The position numbers and the translations under genes were made by a program. A stretch of 64,000 nt of DNA from Nemertoderma westbladi. Its lineage: Eukaryota > Animalia > Xenacoelomorpha. The notes under the pieces were generated by a model. That model ran no database searches, was not told the DNA's origin, and worked only from the letters and a program-made list of their open reading frames with translations. The stretch spans positions 1 through 64,000 of the forward strand of contig JAUCBJ010002429.1 of NCBI GenBank assembly GCA_032718475.1, in the 5' to 3' direction. Shown here piece by piece: positions 61,935 through 64,000 of this stretch. The first letter of the stretch is position 1. Every line of letters begins with the position of its first letter.

Positions 61935-64000
61935 ATGGGCCCTACAGTTGATAGTTATATTGAGAATGGGGTACTCTGTTACTCTTTTCTGCGTTTGCAG
62001 CGAGGGACTCCATACAATGAATTGGTCGAAACACTTATATGTTGGCCGGGGTTTTCTAATGCAGACTATGAAGAAGCCAGATCGGTTCTGATCGAGGTTC
62101 TGGGATCCGACCGCGAAGTAAAAAAGTGGTTTGGTCAGAAACACACAGGTGATTTAAAGCGCCGTCGATAAGTCATCGACATTCTGGGTATTCTTGAAAC
62201 GCCGGATTTCTGTGGCCTAGATCCAATGCCAAAATTCGTTGTGGAGGACTTTACCCGACTCCCTCCAGTGACCACCGCAGGTTCGATTCTAACAACCCTG
62301 TCAGCGGATGTAAACTCCCTAAAGGAGCGCCTGGCGGTTCTCAAATCGCGACCGCCTCCTCTGCCTTCACGTGGGGCTGCTCCTGTTCCATCCCTGGTAT
62401 GAATTACGCGGTGCCGGTATATGTACTGGTAAACAGGCCGAACCCGAGTAACCAGTCGGTTCCAGTTCAGCTTGTCGACCTCAGTAGGGAGGATGCTGCT
62501 CACAACAAGGTAGCCAGCTGTGTGGCTAATCCACAGCTTGCGCATTCAGCTCAGGAATCAGACCACGACTCCGTCACTTTGGGCATCAGTTGTGGGTGCG
62601 GCTTCGGCGCAACACCAGACGCTGCAAGGTGCCAGCCTCGTCGATGGGATGACAACAATTGGGAATCGAGGCCGTCCAGTAAAGGCTGTCAATAAATTGC
62701 CCAATAGTAGCACCGGTAGTACAAGACAACCACGGCAGCCGCAAGTCGTTGGGACTGGCAACGGATTGGCCCAACACGACGGAGCGAGTTCGATCTGCAA
62801 GTTGTACATATCCCATATCGACATGGAGGAGACAGCGGATAGGTTGGTTGCCTATATAAAGGGGACCTTCAAATACCAGGTCAAATGTGAAGAAGTTAAT
62901 AATAAGAATACTATCTACAAATCATTTGTTATCACCTGCAAAGGCGCAGAAGCTGATGCAATTAAAGCAGAAGGCGCAGCCGCCTACTGGCCGCCACGTG
63001 TTCAAGTTCGTGACTGGTTCGAGCGGAGGGGATACTCGGGTCTGGGCATGGTGACACAGGCGCCGCTCGGACCTCCACAGCCACAGGGATCTCTACGAGG
63101 ATCGACGGAAAGTGAAACACAAAGCAATAATGATGGCGACAACAAAACATCTGAAACTGTCGTCGTATAATGCAAACTCAATACGAACGGCAAAGAGTCA
63201 ATACGTGATGAATAAACTGTTTGAAGGTTTGGATATAATCTTTGTCCAGGAGCATCTTCTTCCCAAACAGGATATCCCCTTCTTAGATTTTCTTTCTAAG
63301 GACTTTGGTGTACGCGGAACCTCGCCGGTGGATCTCTCTAATGGTCCACTCCTTGGTAGACCCTATGGAGGACTTGCTGTGTTCTGGAAGAATGAACTGG
63401 TGAAATCGATCGAAGTAATCGACTCATCAGATCCTCGGTACCTCGCCATTAAGATATCCGATGAATTCGGAGATGATATAGTGCTAATTAATGTATACCT
63501 CCCTTATGAATGCCAAGGGAACTATGACGAGTACATCGAGTTTCTGGGTAAACTCCAAGCTCTTATCGACACACTTCCTTTTAGTAAAATTTTTATAAGC
63601 GTTTAAGCGTTTATAGGCGACCTTAATGCCGACCCGTCAAGGGCATTTTATACTTAATTAATGGATTGGTTCATTGAGAATGGATTTGAGGTTCTGGATA
63701 TATCATCATTGCCCTCCAACATGTTCACGTACGTAAACCCGCTGTACAAGTGCACTTCCTGGTTGGACCACTGCATTGCATCCCTGTTGCTGAAGCCATT
63801 AATTGGCGACATAACTGTTAGCTACGACGCGTCTTTTTCAGACCATATGCCAATTTCATTGGAACTGGATATTAAGTGCGACACTTCTACAGGTCCAGAA
63901 TGTGGGACCCACACAAATCCAACACATAAACCTATCTGGGAAAAGGCGTCCAGCGCTGACTTGGCGAACTACAACTGGGTTGCTGCTGAGAAAATCGCGG
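61935..64000 (+). mobile_element. 5' part of a two-ORF LINE (ORF1 with RRM-like domain; ORF2 AP endonuclease), mutated, runs off the window
   Basis: ORF1 motifs IENGVLCY..., MPKFVVEDFTRLPPV, LYISHI...YKSFVI...YWPPRVQVRDWF; ORF2 SYNANSIR, FVQEHLL, GRPYGG, INVYLPY, GDLNAD, WLDH, SDH; small TAAGCGTT duplication near 63600 breaks the frame. Confidence 0.88.

Overview
AT-rich, intron-containing animal (probably invertebrate) genomic DNA that is heavily loaded with transposons. The left ~37 kb is a large inverted (head-to-head) duplication carrying two multi-exon prolyl 4-hydroxylase alpha-subunit (P4HA-like) paralogs (7 coding exons on the minus strand, 8 on the plus strand; catalytic-domain exons not seen). 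Its spacer holds an intronless UBE2G2 gene and a three-level transposon nest. Each arm has independently gained LINE/CRE/RTE insertions and minisatellite expansions. The right part holds a near-complete CR1/L2-group LINE with a 2A-like GDIHLNPGP motif and the 5' part of another LINE. It also holds the most interesting object: an 18.6-kb BEL/Pao LTR retrotransposon (42946-61569, TCATC target-site duplication, 2265-bp LTRs) inserted in one arm of a foldback element. This element (i) carries an extra 966-aa ORF with a WRN/EXD-type 3'-5' exonuclease-like domain plus three CCHC zinc knuckles. It (ii) has 12 same-orientation copies of a 20-nt stem-loop (GGAAGGCTYGCGAGCCTACC, one with a compensatory base-pair change) in all three reading frames and in non-coding DNA. 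It (iii) has no tRNA-type primer-binding site; instead the 10 nt after the LTR are exactly complementary to a site inside the LTR (possible self-priming). It (iv) has a tRNA-like A/B-box cassette in each LTR. All calls were made by eye from motif recognition; no database searches were run.
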